A DNA stretch of 62,966 nucleotides, filler included, from Octopus bimaculoides (Eukaryota): NCBI RefSeq assembly GCF_001194135.2. It is 4 parts of 4 records of this genome, joined end to end, with 100 filler letters (N's around TTAATTAATTAA, not from the genome) between each part and the next. Parts side by side here need not be neighbours in the genome. Positions count along the whole stretch, not along the records: positions 1 to 29,164 come from NC_068981.1; positions 29,265 to 36,532 come from NC_068983.1; positions 36,633 to 61,579 come from NC_069000.1; 1 more part is not named here. The stretch is one strand, 5' to 3'. A program made the translations under genes and the position numbers. The notes under the pieces were generated by a model that saw only the letters and a list, made by a program, of their open reading frames with translations, was not told the DNA's origin and ran no database searches. Shown in pieces: positions 23,556-36,649 of the stretch. Each line of letters opens with the position of its first letter. The first letter of the stretch is position 1.

Positions 23556-23810
23556 TTTACCAAAGGGAAACAATTGACCAGAAAGAGCGGGAAACTATCA
23601 AAGAGAGAGACATTCTTATGAGATTAGCAGATATTATCGAATTTCTGGTAAAGCAAAATTGGGTTTTAAGAGACATCATGGAGTACTGGAGAACAAAACT
23701 GAAACTGGACGTAATGATTTCAAAACTAGAAGGAATTTATTGGTGGCAGTGGAATTCCGTTCAAAATATGATCGCTCTCTTGAAAGATCAACTCCTTTGA
23801 ACTAAGATGA
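23556..23810 (+). mobile_element. hAT (Tip100/ZMYM1-like) transposase fragment, inverted relative to the rest of the element
   Basis: RDILMRLADIIEFLVKQN..., EFRSKYD resemble the hAT segment that follows the TTF finger. Confidence 0.65.
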
Positions 23811-23817
23811 GTGACAC

Positions 23818-24610
23818 AAGAATGTCCTGCTTTCTTATTTTCTCTTTCTTGTCAATTGTTTCACTTTGGTAAATTCTGACTTCAGTTTCTATCCGTTGTG
23901 CAAACACTATGCAATGTATTCGACTTGGTTCATGCTCTTTGATTTGGGGGATTAAAACTCCAAAAGCTGATCATTATCAGAAGTGAAACGGGATTTACTT
24001 CATTGTGCAAATTACAAACAACAAAAGCAATAGAATAAATTATTGGAAGGAAAATAAATCCTCCATGTGCTAATCAAGTTTTCTTCTTTCCATAAAATCA
24101 CGAGATATCTTTCTCATTTCTCCTTTACATTTTTTAATCGAAGTGCTATCATTTCTTGTCCCCTTCACCTCAGAAAAATCCCTATTCACATGCTGAAAAC
24201 TATGGAGTTACTTTGGTGGAGTAAGATCATAAATGTATCATCATTTATAATTTCTGGCCATAAACCTGCATCTTTCAAGTTCATCTGCTGAGGTTTTGTC
24301 TAAACCGTATTTCTAATTATTATGAACAGACATAATAAGGGTAAGTTCCTGTAGGCGAATTGGAATCCACATTTTTCCAAATTGTCAGACAAGTTCTCGA
24401 CCTATTGTTTTCATCAGATGCACTGAAAGATTAATGAGAAAAGACTGATCTCTCAGTCCTTTTTCGAGGCATTCACGACTGAAACCTGATATAGTGAAGA
24501 ATCCTATTGTGTTCAATTGACCTAATTGAGTTAAGAAGACTATAAATACACATGCTAAATACTTTTCTGTCTCTTTGGAACGATCAGTCTCATAGTCAAA
24601 GAGCAACACT
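23818..24610 (-). mobile_element. hAT (Tip100/ZMYM1-like) transposase N-terminal fossil with TTF zinc finger
   Basis: NLKDAGLWPEII, TWRIYFPSNNLFYCFCCL, PQIKEHEPSRIHC. Confidence 0.7.
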
Positions 24611-24972
24611 TCTTAGTATGTTGATCAACGTGTGAAGGTAGACCTCTTATCGTTTCTATTTATTAACATTCCTTACAATCTTTCTTTAGCAGTCGCAGAG
24701 ATGAAACTAATAACTATCATACAGACTGCACTGGAGTTTACCAACAAGCTGTGTACACACAAACAACTGAACTAAGTTGTATATTCTTATATACTGTGAC
24801 GACTAATATTATAATTATATTATAAAAATGAGCACATAACATGGCCATTTGTAAAATACCAATCATATTTTTCTTCAAATAATATTTTTCTTCAAATAAT
24901 ATTTTTCTTCATCGTATCTGATCAGTATCATGGACATTAAAATTTCGTTGTTACAGACGTAGTCAGAGGAAA

Positions 24973-25028
24973 GAAGTTGGTACCCTTGAAGTTGGTACCC
25001 TTGAAGTTGGTACCCTTGAAGTTGGTAC
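24973..25028. repeat. 15-bp minisatellite (gaagttggtaccctt) x3.7
   Basis: Perfect tandem copies. Confidence 0.95.
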
Positions 25029-25377
25029 TCTGTGATTGGTGAGAAGAAATTAGGAAGTTACACTTATATCGTAGGCCTAATCTAAATGCTTGCAACAAAC
25101 TGGACTCGGTTAAAGACACCCGAAGGCCATATAGTGGGATTAAACCGAGTGATAGATTATTCTACTACCAAACAACAGACATGGGCACTCTGACAGGCTT
25201 CAACACAGTTTCCATGTAACAAATTTCACTCAAAAGCATTCTCTAGACCCGAAATTATGGTAGAAGGTACCACATTGTGAAATCAAACCTGGTCAAATTA
25301 CCCAGTTGAGAAATGAAATGTTCAACCACAGCCGCTATGAGTGGAGAAAACAGTTAAATATCTTTCAAATCATGCCA

Positions 25378-25615
25378 CGGTGACGGTGGTGGTGGTGGCG
25401 GCGGCTGTGGCGGCGGCTGTGGCNNNNNNNNNNNNNNNNNNNNNNNNNNNNNNNNNNNNNNNNNNNNNNNNNNNNNNNNNNNNNNNNNNNNNNNNNNNNN
25501 NNNNNNNNNNNNNNNNNNNNNNCGGCTGTGGTGGCGGCTGTGGAGGTGGCAGTTTCGGTGTCGGTGGTGGCGATGATAGTGGTCGCAGTGGAGGTGGCTG
25601 CGACGGTGGTTGCAT
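25378..25615. repeat. GC-rich (GGC/GGT)-derived low-complexity repeat with gap
   Basis: ggcggcggctgt units. Confidence 0.85.
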
Positions 25616-25658
25616 TAATGGGGTTTCTGCTGCTTAACCCACAAACATCTTACAGACC

Positions 25659-25708
<50 letters not shown>

Positions 25709-25759
25709 GAAAAGCCTGATTAGCAAAGAATCACCCACTAACATAATATAACCACCACC

Positions 25760-26060
25760 TCACAGATACGCAACTTCTCTCTACCACAACAGCTTCTGAT
25801 CATCACATCAAGAATTCTGTACGCACCCTTCCATCCAAGCTCATACAATGTACACGTATCTTTCCCTCTCATCAACAGCTTTTTATAACACACTTCCACC
25901 CCTTACACTGAACCTTTTTTCCAAGCCATTCCTTCGTAAAACTGGGTCCTTGAGGAATGCCCTCTTTCCCTTACTGACATCAGTATACGATAGTTCAAGC
26001 TAAACATTAACCCCACTGATTTTTCTTTTGTCTTGGAGGGAAGACCAATGAAGGTCAAGA
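25760..26060 (-). mobile_element. Decayed RTE-like LINE 3' fragment
   Basis: Weak RTE C-terminal-like remnants (GRIPQ...). Confidence 0.35.
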
Positions 26061-26166
26061 ACTCTAGCCGTCCTTCTTCCATTAATTGCCAAGAATAAAT
26101 ACGTATACATACAGCATATTCACTATCATACATCTGTACACACACACACACGCACAAACACACACA

Positions 26167-26261
<95 letters not shown>

Positions 26262-26372
26262 CGAAAGAAAATGCTCGGAAATGTTATGTTATACAAAATA
26301 TATTTATATTTTTTTATGAAATAAAATATTTACATAGTCTACCGGTTTTGCTTATGCTGGACACAAACATAT

Positions 26373-26418
<46 letters not shown>

Positions 26419-26959
26419 ATACATTATACATGCATGTACAAATGAATGCACGAATGCAGGCAAGCACACACAAACGCACACAGCGAACATGCTCACATAT
26501 ATACAGGGTCTAGCTTACAATCACCAACTCATTTTAGCTATTTGAAAACACTATGGAGTTCTGGAACCACATAGTGTCACCAATTGATGTTGGATGACTA
26601 ATGGCAGTAGTAGTTTACAATGACATATACATGCACACACATAAATTTTGCTAGATACATTAACAAGGCACAAAGAATATCTGGCACACATACACGCACG
26701 CACACACGCATACACACACGCAGGCACGTGCAACTACACACACATAGGCACACGATTAAATAATTACCTCTACATGACAGCACACATACACTCGAATATA
26801 CGCGCTCTTTCGTAGACATGGAATTGCACATCACTCATACATGCACGAATCATTCCTGGACAAGCATAGACACAAGCGGCAAACGTGAATTCACCGACTT
26901 AATCATGCATACATACTTATATATATATATATATACATACCATATGAAGGTACTGTTAA

Positions 26960-27400
26960 GAAAGATAAAGTGACCCGAAAATTAAGGTAGTCGAAATTCT
27001 CTTACAATAAGAAAATATTCCTCAATGCATTTGCAGTGCCGGTACTGATTCCAACATTTGGTAGGCCCTATCTAAGGAGAAATGAAGGATGTATAGGTTC
27101 GAGATCTGTACAGACAGCCTTCGAATGTCGTATAGTGTCTCTCCGACAGCACTTGCTAAACAGCAGCTGCAAAAATAAATATGCTAACTCCGTGATGACT
27201 TAGGAAGATTTCAATATCCTACATATCGGCAGTGAGCTCCTCGGGAGGCACTTTCTTCCTGGAGACCTTCCATACAACCATAAAACAGCCAGACTAACAT
27301 ACCACAAAGAAGACCTGATTGTGAAACCCTCAGCATAACACACAAGAACAAAAAAGAACTAAGCTTTGGTCCTAAAATCTGTAATGTTATCGTGAATATC
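26960..27400 (+). mobile_element. R4/Dong-like non-LTR retrotransposon fragment
   Basis: NAFAVPVLIPTFG joined to RPYLRRNEGCIGSRSVQTAFECRIVSLRQHLL, resembling the post-RT RLY..R..GGRGL region of R4/Dong. Confidence 0.6.
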
Positions 27401-27762
27401 ACCGAGTAAATTTGTTATCTGACTGTTATCTGTCAAATTTTTAAATGTTTCGGGATAAACCATGTTAGATTATGACACCACACGACTCTCATGTTCTAAC
27501 GTCGTCCTCCATCCTCTTCTGTCCCGGTAATGTGGTGTATTCTCTTCATTACTGAGATTTCGAGCTTAGGGTTGGATTTAGAAGTTTTAAGGTGTTCAGA
27601 ATATGTGCAGCGCACTTAGATTTTAGCACCCTGAGGGATCGCTTAGTTTGCCTGAAGAGTAGCGCCGGCTCTGCACTTTCGACTTAACAATTTTACTTTC
27701 ATATTTTTATCCTGTCAAGAAACGGGGTATAACGAAAAATACATGGGCTCCAAAACTATTTT

Positions 27763-28383
27763 GGGATCTTTTTTAAAACGGGGGCCACATTTTTCATTAA
27801 CGAAACACTTTGAAACTTGGAACACTGGTAGAATGTGTCATATAAAACATCTTTTTCTCTTAGTCTTCTTAAAAAAAAAAAGAAATCCATAAGTTATTCC
27901 ATGTGAAAGTTATCGTATTTCTGTAATTTCAACCAATCACTGACGTCCATTCAGCCGATATNNNNNNNNNNNNNNNNNNNNNNNNNNNNNNNNNNNNNNN
28001 NNNNNNNNNNNNNNNNNNNNNNNNNNNNNNNNNNNNNNNNNNNNNNNNNNNNNNNNNNNNNNNNNNNNNGTTAGGGTTAGGGTTAGGGTTAAAGCAAATT
28101 TAAAATGAAAAAAGCAAATAAAACGAAGGTATGGAGATTAAATACGCTTTACATCGCTTAATCAGCCAAAGGAGTAAATATAAACAACTGAATACTTGTC
28201 AGGGATTGGTTGAAATTATCGAAATAAGACAATTTTTTACATGAAATAAATTCGAATACAAAAATATTTTTCTGTTCTATAACACAAAATAGATAAGTAT
28301 ACGAAGTTTGAAAGTCTTTCCGTACCAAAAACACTACGTAAAACATTAATGAAAAATGTGGACCCCGTTTTAAAATAGATCCC
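27763..28383. mobile_element. MITE with 38-bp TIRs and internal (TTAGGG)n
   Basis: gggatcttttttaaaacgggggccacatttttcattaa vs ttaatgaaaaatgtggaccccgttttaaaatagatccc (2 mismatches); gttagggttagggttagggtt at 28070-28090. Confidence 0.85.
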
Positions 28384-28649
28384 TCTTTTGGGTTTTTAGA
28401 TTTTTATAACAAACATACCAGTTTAACGAAAAACATCTGTGAAGTATCTATTTATCCTTGTGTTGAAAGAGATGAGAACATTGATAATTTGTATGTCTAC
28501 AGCCCTTAGAGAGCTGTTGATATGCATACTTATTCCCCACAGAATAGATAGATAGATAGATAGATTATACGCACACATGCGTACAACATATGCAACATTT
28601 TACGGAACAACCTACATAAATTATTTGTTTATAGTAATTATACATAAGT

Positions 28650-28845
28650 TCATTGTCTCCATCAAATCGACGTTGCCTGGACAGGTGCATGGCGTTCCAC
28701 GCGTCAGGGATCGAAGTTATCGCGGAACAACGTGAGATGAAACATTTTTCTTAATAACACAACGCGCCACCTGGTCCAGGAATCGAAATCACAATCTCGT
28801 GATCATGAATGCAATACCCTAACTACTAGGCATGCGCCTTCAGGA
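28650..28845 (-). mobile_element. SINE family C
   Basis: ggtccaggaatcgaaatc...ccctaactactaggcatgcgccttca. Confidence 0.7.
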
Positions 28846-29164
28846 AGACTAGATGTCGAAAATGCATTGAGAATAGTTAAAAGGAGTGGCTGTGTGATAA
28901 GTAGATTTGCTTACCGCGCATGAGCAGAACAGAGTGGTTCCTGTCAACCAAAGAGACATCACGGCCAAATTTGGCTCTGTTGTAAATTCCAGTTTATGAA
29001 AGAAGATTAGTAAAGCGGCTGGAAGGTAGGAGAAATTTTGTTTTGGGGTACAGTGGGGCTACGTTATTTTATTGTTATTTTTATAAATAGGGTATCTCCA
29101 CTGGCCTCGAGGCATTTTTTCCCCTCCTTTGGTTGCGTTTGTTTTAGTGAAGAATTATCGGTGG

Positions 29165-29264
29165 NNNNNNNNNNNNNNNNNNNNNNNNNNNNNNNNNNNN
29201 NNNNNNNNTTAATTAATTAANNNNNNNNNNNNNNNNNNNNNNNNNNNNNNNNNNNNNNNNNNNN
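29165..29264. other. Synthetic scaffold-join spacer N44-TTAATTAATTAA-N44
   Basis: Exactly 100 bp; identical at three positions. Confidence 0.93.
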
Positions 29265-29746
29265 ATATATATATATGTGCATTATACGTACACACACACA
29301 AACACACACACACACACACATATTTATATATGATACACATATGCATACGTAGACACATGCATGCTGCATATACATACACGTGTGCGTGAGCGTGGGTGTG
29401 AGAGAGTGATAGAGTGGAGGAAGGATGGAGGGAGGGAGAAAAGATACTGTTTTCTGTTTTATATTTATATGTAAATTGTAACACACATACACATACACAC
29501 ATTCACACATACAAATATATGGATTCTTAAATACATGCATGATTATATACATTCGATGGCGCAAAGATCAGTACTCTCACATTAAAATGTATATACCAAT
29601 TGATATATAGGCGTGCATTCGCACATCTCTCTCTCTCTCTCTCTCTCTCTTTACACATACCACACACACAAACACACACCACACACACGCATTGATTGAA
29701 GGGAAGTGTTCCCCTTTTCTTCTACCTCATTATGTCTGTATTTCTG

Positions 29747-29803
<57 letters not shown>

Positions 29804-31164
29804 GCATACACATGTTTATGTATACGCATATATATACGCATATATTATATGCAGTTGGTCAAATATATTTGTTGGATGTGGTTACGAGTTAAGTAGTTTT
29901 CAGCGCCGTCTAAACTCAGCAGGCGTAAAAACTAATATCTCACATGTCCAGTGGCAGTGAACTGGACGTAAGATTCAGCCATGAGTAGATTAGCGTTGGA
30001 AACACAAACATATCAAGGGAATTGACTGAAGGTGATGATATTAACCATAGGTATTGTATAGAACTTTCTTTGGCACAAATTTAATTACCCTACCGAAAGT
30101 ATTGTTAAAATCCCCACCCTTCAACGACTGCAGTTGGGATAGTTTCAAACGAGAAAAGTAAAAGAAAAAATACAGAGAGAAAGATAATCAAAACAAAGAG
30201 ACTTTGCTAACGCTATTGGCCTTGAAAGAGTACAATCTATATTCGCGATTGAATATACAATTTTCGTTTTCACAAAATCAATATTATGTACTCTCACAAC
30301 CTCTTCACGAATTAGCTCAACATTGCAAATGTTAAACAATGTTTTCGGAGATTGAAGGCGACTTAATCAACTTAGTTTTACCTTTTCTTTTTTTATCTTT
30401 TCTTCTATGTTTTCAATCTCTTTTACGTATGATATAGTAGCGCTATTCAAAATCATTGAGCTTTTTTTTTTTTTTTTGTTTTTTTATGTTCCGTGTTATT
30501 TTCAAGTCTCTTGATAACAAACCGATTTGAATGACAGCTTTGTTTTCTTGAAATTTCTAATAAACACTTTATATATACAGATACCATGTATTACTTAGCA
30601 TATGTGTCGATAAATTACATATCACACAGAAATATATAAACATATATCATTTATTGCTATTGTACGTTTCATGTGGATTATATGAACAGATAAAATGATT
30701 TCACAATGCTGACAGTAGAAGACGTCTCTCATCGATAAATCAATTATGTAACAAACTATGCATAGGTTCAACTGGAGAAAAAAAGTAACAAAAGCAAACA
30801 TTTAAAAAATATTTCAGTAAAACAATAAGCGCGTTGGATAACGGGAAACCTAAGGATGGCCGATTCTATTGTCTGCCACAGAGGCGACAAGAATATTTGG
30901 TTTCATTTAATTATCATCATCATCATCATCATTATCGCACACGCACATACAGACACACAGACAGACACACAGACAGACACACAGACAGACACACACGCGC
31001 ATACATACATACATACATACATACATACATACATACATACATAAGTATTTTATAATTATATACATAATTATAACAAGGAAATGGCTGTAAACCTCTCCAA
31101 GAGAGCAAGAGAATAGAGGTGGGTGGGAGAAAGTAAGTGTGAGAAGAAGAGAAGAGAGGGGAGG

Positions 31165-31605
31165 AGGGTTAGATAAAGAGAAAGGAGAGTTGAGCCCATG
31201 TGGCACAAAGGAGCGAAGAGAGAAGATTAATCCCTGCTCACAGCGAAGACGGGAGTCCGGATGGCCCCCGTGCAAGGACAATCCGAACATACACAGGTGT
31301 TGTAGAGAGTGACCGGTAGAGCGGAAATGGCGCGAGACCGGGGTGTCGTTGCCGAGTCGGATGTCTCGGAAGTGTTCCGTGAACCGCTCAGCCAAACGGC
31401 GTCCCGTTTGCTCGATGTATAGAGAAGGGCAAGAGATGCAGTAGATGACATTGGTAGAAGAGACGGGAGACGGCGGGGCGTGGACGGGGAGGGAGAGCGG
31501 AAGCACGGTCCACGGATAGGGGTGAGGAGATATCGATGTAACATGAAGTGGTGAGCCATAAGTTGAAACTGAGTCATAGTCGGTACTGCAGAGCCTGCGT
31601 AGACG
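31165..31605 (-). mobile_element. Penelope-like element, C-terminal GIY-YIG endonuclease (Neptune-like)
   Basis: SSTNVIYCISCPSLYIEQTGRRLAERFTEHFRDIR...PVSRHFRSTGHS...EQGLIFSLRSFVPHGLN. Confidence 0.9.
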
Positions 31606-32464
31606 GCGTTTATATATACATATATATATCTATATATATATATATACACATCTATATGTATCTAATTTCAAGAAAAAAACACTATATATATATATATATA
31701 TATATAAGAACGTATATATAGTATATATATACACATATAAGTAGGTGTATATATGCACATATATATGTACATATGTATGTGTGTGAGTGTTTATGTCTTG
31801 AATCTGTCCGTGTGATACCATACATATGTACATACACATATATTCATGCAGACACACAGACACACATACATAGAAATATATTTACCACATAACATCCCAG
31901 AACTAGACACCTCTAACTAAGTATCATCTGAGCCTAATTAGATTACCTGTGAAGAAAACTATACCTTAACAATGTAAGTGATGACCACAATCTAGGAATC
32001 CACAAAAGCTTTCCACTTTACAAGAACGAAAGTCAACTCAGAATAACGAAACTAAGATATAATTAATTCTTAATATGTGTACATATAACTGTTCATTCAC
32101 CAGAAGCAATAAATTACACGAATCAATACAAATGTATGAAATATTCTTTGATAAACCATAACAACAATTTTCCAATTTTCACAACTCGTTTCTGACCATC
32201 TGAGCTTGCCTTTCTCCTGAAATATTATATCCACAATTTGAACAATGTTGTAATATGAAATGAAAGTTTGAAGAAAGCACTTATTTTCGAGCTCACACTT
32301 TCGATTTCATTTAAGGTTTTCATAGTAATATAGATACCTTAATCTTCAATCGAGCGTAGTCACTCAAATAATTTTGCTCATGAAATTGCGTTGTTGTTTA
32401 AATAATATTTTAAATCCTTTTTTCTATTTGGTTTGCAAAATTCTTTATGTGAATTCGTGTGTTA

Positions 32465-33310
32465 CAGCATATTTTAATGTTTCTGGGGAGAGCCATTCTC
32501 TTTTAGTGAATTATTGTTTAACACACTCGCCGGTTCGATTTCCACTCATTTACTTATTTATTTTTTTTTCATAAAATTTTCTTTGCTTCTTGCATCCTTT
32601 TAAATAATCGTTGACTCTCAATTATTATATAAATTTCCATACCAGCCAAGAACTATTTGATTAATCTGTTTAAAAACAAAAAATGTATTTAATGACATAA
32701 TTATCCAAAATATTGTTCACGCAAGTAATTTATTTTCTTATTTGTATTTCATTCTCATGCTAACTTTGAATAGATACCAATATATAGCAATTATTATAAC
32801 ACTCTGCGGTTTATTTTGACATCTATCAACATAGATTTTATATATATTTGCATGCTGTTCCATTTTATAAAGTTCAACAAATTATTGCGAATATACACAG
32901 TAATTCCAGTGCGATAGAGTGTTTGGCGAAATGCTGCATGGCAACCGTTTCTGTTTCATTGCGCTGTGATTTCAGAATCTCTTGAAACTGTATTTCTATC
33001 TATTACTCGAGAATTGACTGAATAATTGCAATTTCAGTTCTGTGTTCGATTGAGGTGATTATTCCCACCCTTCTAAATGCAATATCGACGCTTATATCAC
33101 CAATTAATATCATCTGTGATATGTATATTTGATTGTTTTTAAATGCATAAATAGTTGAGTCAACAACTATTGAAAAGGTGGCAAAACGCAACGAAAATTT
33201 TAGAAAAAATAAATAAGCAAATGAGTGGAAATCGAACCGGTGAGTGTGTTAAGTAATAAGCTATTAAAAGAGAATGACTCTCCCTAGACACCACGAAATA
33301 ATGTTTTGAA
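32465..33310. repeat. Pair of ~165-bp inverted repeats (32465-32630 / 33140-33310)
   Basis: ggagagccattctctttt...ccggttcgatttccactcattt vs aaatgagtggaaatcgaaccgg...aaaagagaatgactctccc; roughly 80% identical by eye. Confidence 0.85.
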
Positions 33311-33514
33311 GTCATGCATCTAAGTACACAGTGAGTTTGTATGTTTGCGTTCATTTTGCATGAACACGTGCAGACGCATAAACATACACATGTACACAGA
33401 AAGATACACATAATTTTATATGCACGCATACATATACACATTTGAATAAATGCACACACTCAAACATAGAAACCTTCTCACATATATTCTTTTCTACTCG
33501 AAATTATCGGAGAA

Positions 33515-33880
33515 GGGGCCAGTTGATTAGATCGACCCAGTACGCGACCCCAAAAGGATGAAAGGCAACGTCTACCTCGGCGGAATTTGAACTCAGAACG
33601 TAACGGCAGACGAAATACCGCTAAGCATTCCATTCGGTGTGGTAACGTTTCTTATTTCTTTATTGCCCACAAGGGGTTAAACATATAGGGGACAAACAAG
33701 GACAGACAAAGGGATTAAGTCGATTACATCGACCCCTGTGCATAACTGATACTTATTTAATCGACCCCGAAAGGATGAAAGGCAAAGTCGACCTCGGCGG
33801 AATATGAACTCAGAACGTAGCTGCAGACCGCTAAGCATTTCGCCCAGCGTGCTAAAGTTTCCACCAGCTCGCTACCTTCC
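33515..33880 (-). mobile_element. Two abutting SINE family A copies (33515-33651, 33652-33880)
   Basis: Core ccccgaaaggatgaaaggcaaagtcgacctcggcggaat appears twice. Confidence 0.88.
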
Positions 33881-35579
33881 TTTCTCACATATATTAAAAC
33901 AGGACAAAATTCAAAGAGGTTTATATTTGCATAAAAATCGCGAATAGCTCAGCTCTTTTGTTCAAAATCTTAATTTCTTCACTCAAAATTGACAATTTTT
34001 CGCTCAAAGAAAGCTATCGTTCCACTATCATGCGGAAAAATCTTATACATATTACATCACCAGACTTTACTTCGATATCCGATCTGGAGGAAGTCAAACC
34101 ATAAACCGTAATATCGTGGGTACGGTCTGTTACCTTCTGACAAATCGTTGAAAAACACAACGGAAAACTAAAATAACTTTGTATCATTCCGTAGTAAATC
34201 TAAATTAAAATCCACTTATGTACATAATTGTCAGAAACAAATTATAACTGAGCGAAAGTAGTACATAGTTTTCCAAATAAGTATCTCAGGAAGAAACTGT
34301 ACAATATATATATTGCATATTGTATATATTACAGATGTTTCGAATCTATATCATGAAATGAAAATCCTAACGTTATGCCATTCTAATGTTATAAAATTAA
34401 AAAAAAATAAATGATCCTAACGTAAAATTCTATAAAAATATAGAACAGAAATTATAAACCAAGCTGTCCGGTATTGGGCGTACTATAATCGTAAAAACAT
34501 GTGATAAACACGCGAGGTGAGGAGAAACTTAATAATACTGTTGCAGCAATATAATGCAAAATAGCAACAATATATTTCAGAAAAGAAAGATAGCGTGGAC
34601 TAGGTAGAGGTCAGTGACTATGAACAGTCTTTATCGCTAATTCAAATAACTGTTCATTTATCTTTGATCATGACTGTCTAATATCTGAAATAAATATTAC
34701 TTCTCTTTTGTGCGCAAACATTCAATATAATAATAATCAAATGTTAACATGTCAATGACCCAGCAAGGCTACAAATTGATTTTATGAAAACAACAAAACA
34801 ACATAACTTTACTAATAACTTCATAGGTAGTGTTTCCAAATGAAGAAAGGTGTCTGTTCTCAGTCACTCACCCTGCTAAACACTATTTAAACACATTTGC
34901 CATACTATACAAAATAATAAAAAAAGGACGAACACTGTTAAATGCACCGCAATAAAATAATGTAATGTATTTATCTCAATACGAACCTTGAAATAACTCT
35001 GCATCTAATCAGTCATTCCTAAACGCGTATCACGATTCTGCTTTTGAAGGTAAATGTGCAATAAAAGTTTATGGTGGCTCTGGTTATCTGATTATCAATA
35101 TCTTTGAAGTGAAGGTGGTAGATCCAGTGGTAATTATGTTTCAAGGTGATGTGTAACTCTTCCCGTGTACAGGGTCATGCCGGAAATCCAGTCTGTCAGA
35201 AAACGTCGTAAATATAATTACCACACTTTTTTTTCAGGATTTAAAAAATTTTATTTCTCGCTGTTTTAGATGCAGACAAAATGCAGTAGTACAATGAATA
35301 AAACCGTCATGAATGTTCAAACAAGAAGCCTCCAAGTTGCACCACAGGATCTCACTGCTAAACCGAAATATCTCAGGTTGCCCTGGGATGTCAGGCTCTT
35401 GGTTGCCGAGGGGGCCTAGAGAAGCCTGGCACGGTATTTGGTGACGAAAAAGCTGTCTATTGAGAGGTACAAAACATGAACGTGGTAAGATTGCCACTTC
35501 ACCATAGCTATTTACAAGCAGCGATCTCCAAGGCTGCAAAAATTAATCCACTGGGCACTTCATATCACCCGAATATCAA

Positions 35580-35583
35580 TTTA

Positions 35584-35681
<98 letters not shown>

Positions 35682-35684
35682 GAG

Positions 35685-35717
<33 letters not shown>

Positions 35718-35870
35718 CGTATGTACGTATGTGTATATGTGTGTGTGTGTTTATATATACATGTACACACACATATTAACTCTTACTAGAAATGTTGAAT
35801 GCTTTTTTTCTCTCATTTGACCACTCACTCGTACACACATACATACACACACAGACATAACAACATACCA

Positions 35871-35951
<81 letters not shown>

Positions 35952-36045
35952 ACTCGCACACACATATATATGTATATATATATATATATATCTGTATATA
36001 AATATGTGTGCATGTGTGTGTGTGTGTGTGTGTGTGCGTGCGTGT
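35580..36045. repeat. Compound (TA)n/(TATG)n/(TG)n microsatellite blocks
   Basis: Directly visible. Confidence 0.9.
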
Positions 36046-36486
36046 GTGTACTGAAATACTGCCCAATACAGAGGCTAAACGACTGAGATAAAATATTCTT
36101 AACATTTAAATAGCAAGCAAATAGTCGGTTCCTCCAATACGTTTGCTATGGCTCTTTTCAATTGCTATGAACGTATGAACTGAAATAATGTCTTCAGTAT
36201 TTCATTTTATTGGTTTCCTTTCGGTCTTAAAACGTTAATAATCCAGTAGAAAATTCACGCCAGAGCAAACAGGAAAACCACAAAATACGATTCAGACAAT
36301 AAGTCAACTGTTGTTAATGCTTTCACAGATATTTCATGTGAATAATCGCACTGCATTTCTCTTGAGCAGTTTATGAGTTAGAGGGGAATATTTCGAATTG
36401 TCACCGTTTATAGGGTCGATTAATGTCGTTCATTGTTTCATTATTCAAGCTCAGTTTTCAATGATGCCAAATGTCTGTAATGTGTC

Positions 36487-36532
<46 letters not shown>

Positions 36533-36632
36533 NNNNNNNNNNNNNNNNNNNNNNNNNNNNNNNNNNNNNNNNNNNNTTAATTAATTAANNNNNNNNNNNN
36601 NNNNNNNNNNNNNNNNNNNNNNNNNNNNNNNN
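36533..36632. other. Synthetic scaffold-join spacer N44-TTAATTAATTAA-N44
   Basis: Exactly 100 bp. Confidence 0.93.
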
Positions 36633-36649
36633 AAAAAAAAAAAAAAAAA

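Noticed and set aside
25341-25637. Gly/Cys-rich protein ORF
   Set aside because: Low-complexity GGC/GGT repeat spanning a gap; no splice or homology support
33003-33191. 62-aa ORF between the inverted arms as a cargo gene
   Set aside because: It starts inside the repeat arm at a non-ATG codon, and I recognise no homology
34872-34904. Minus-strand 33-nt micro-exon with good splice sites
   Set aside because: Stop codons in all three frames; could only be non-coding and has no other support
35234-35539. 101-aa minus-strand ORF or plus-strand exon
   Set aside because: No recognisable motif; plus-strand frames contain stops
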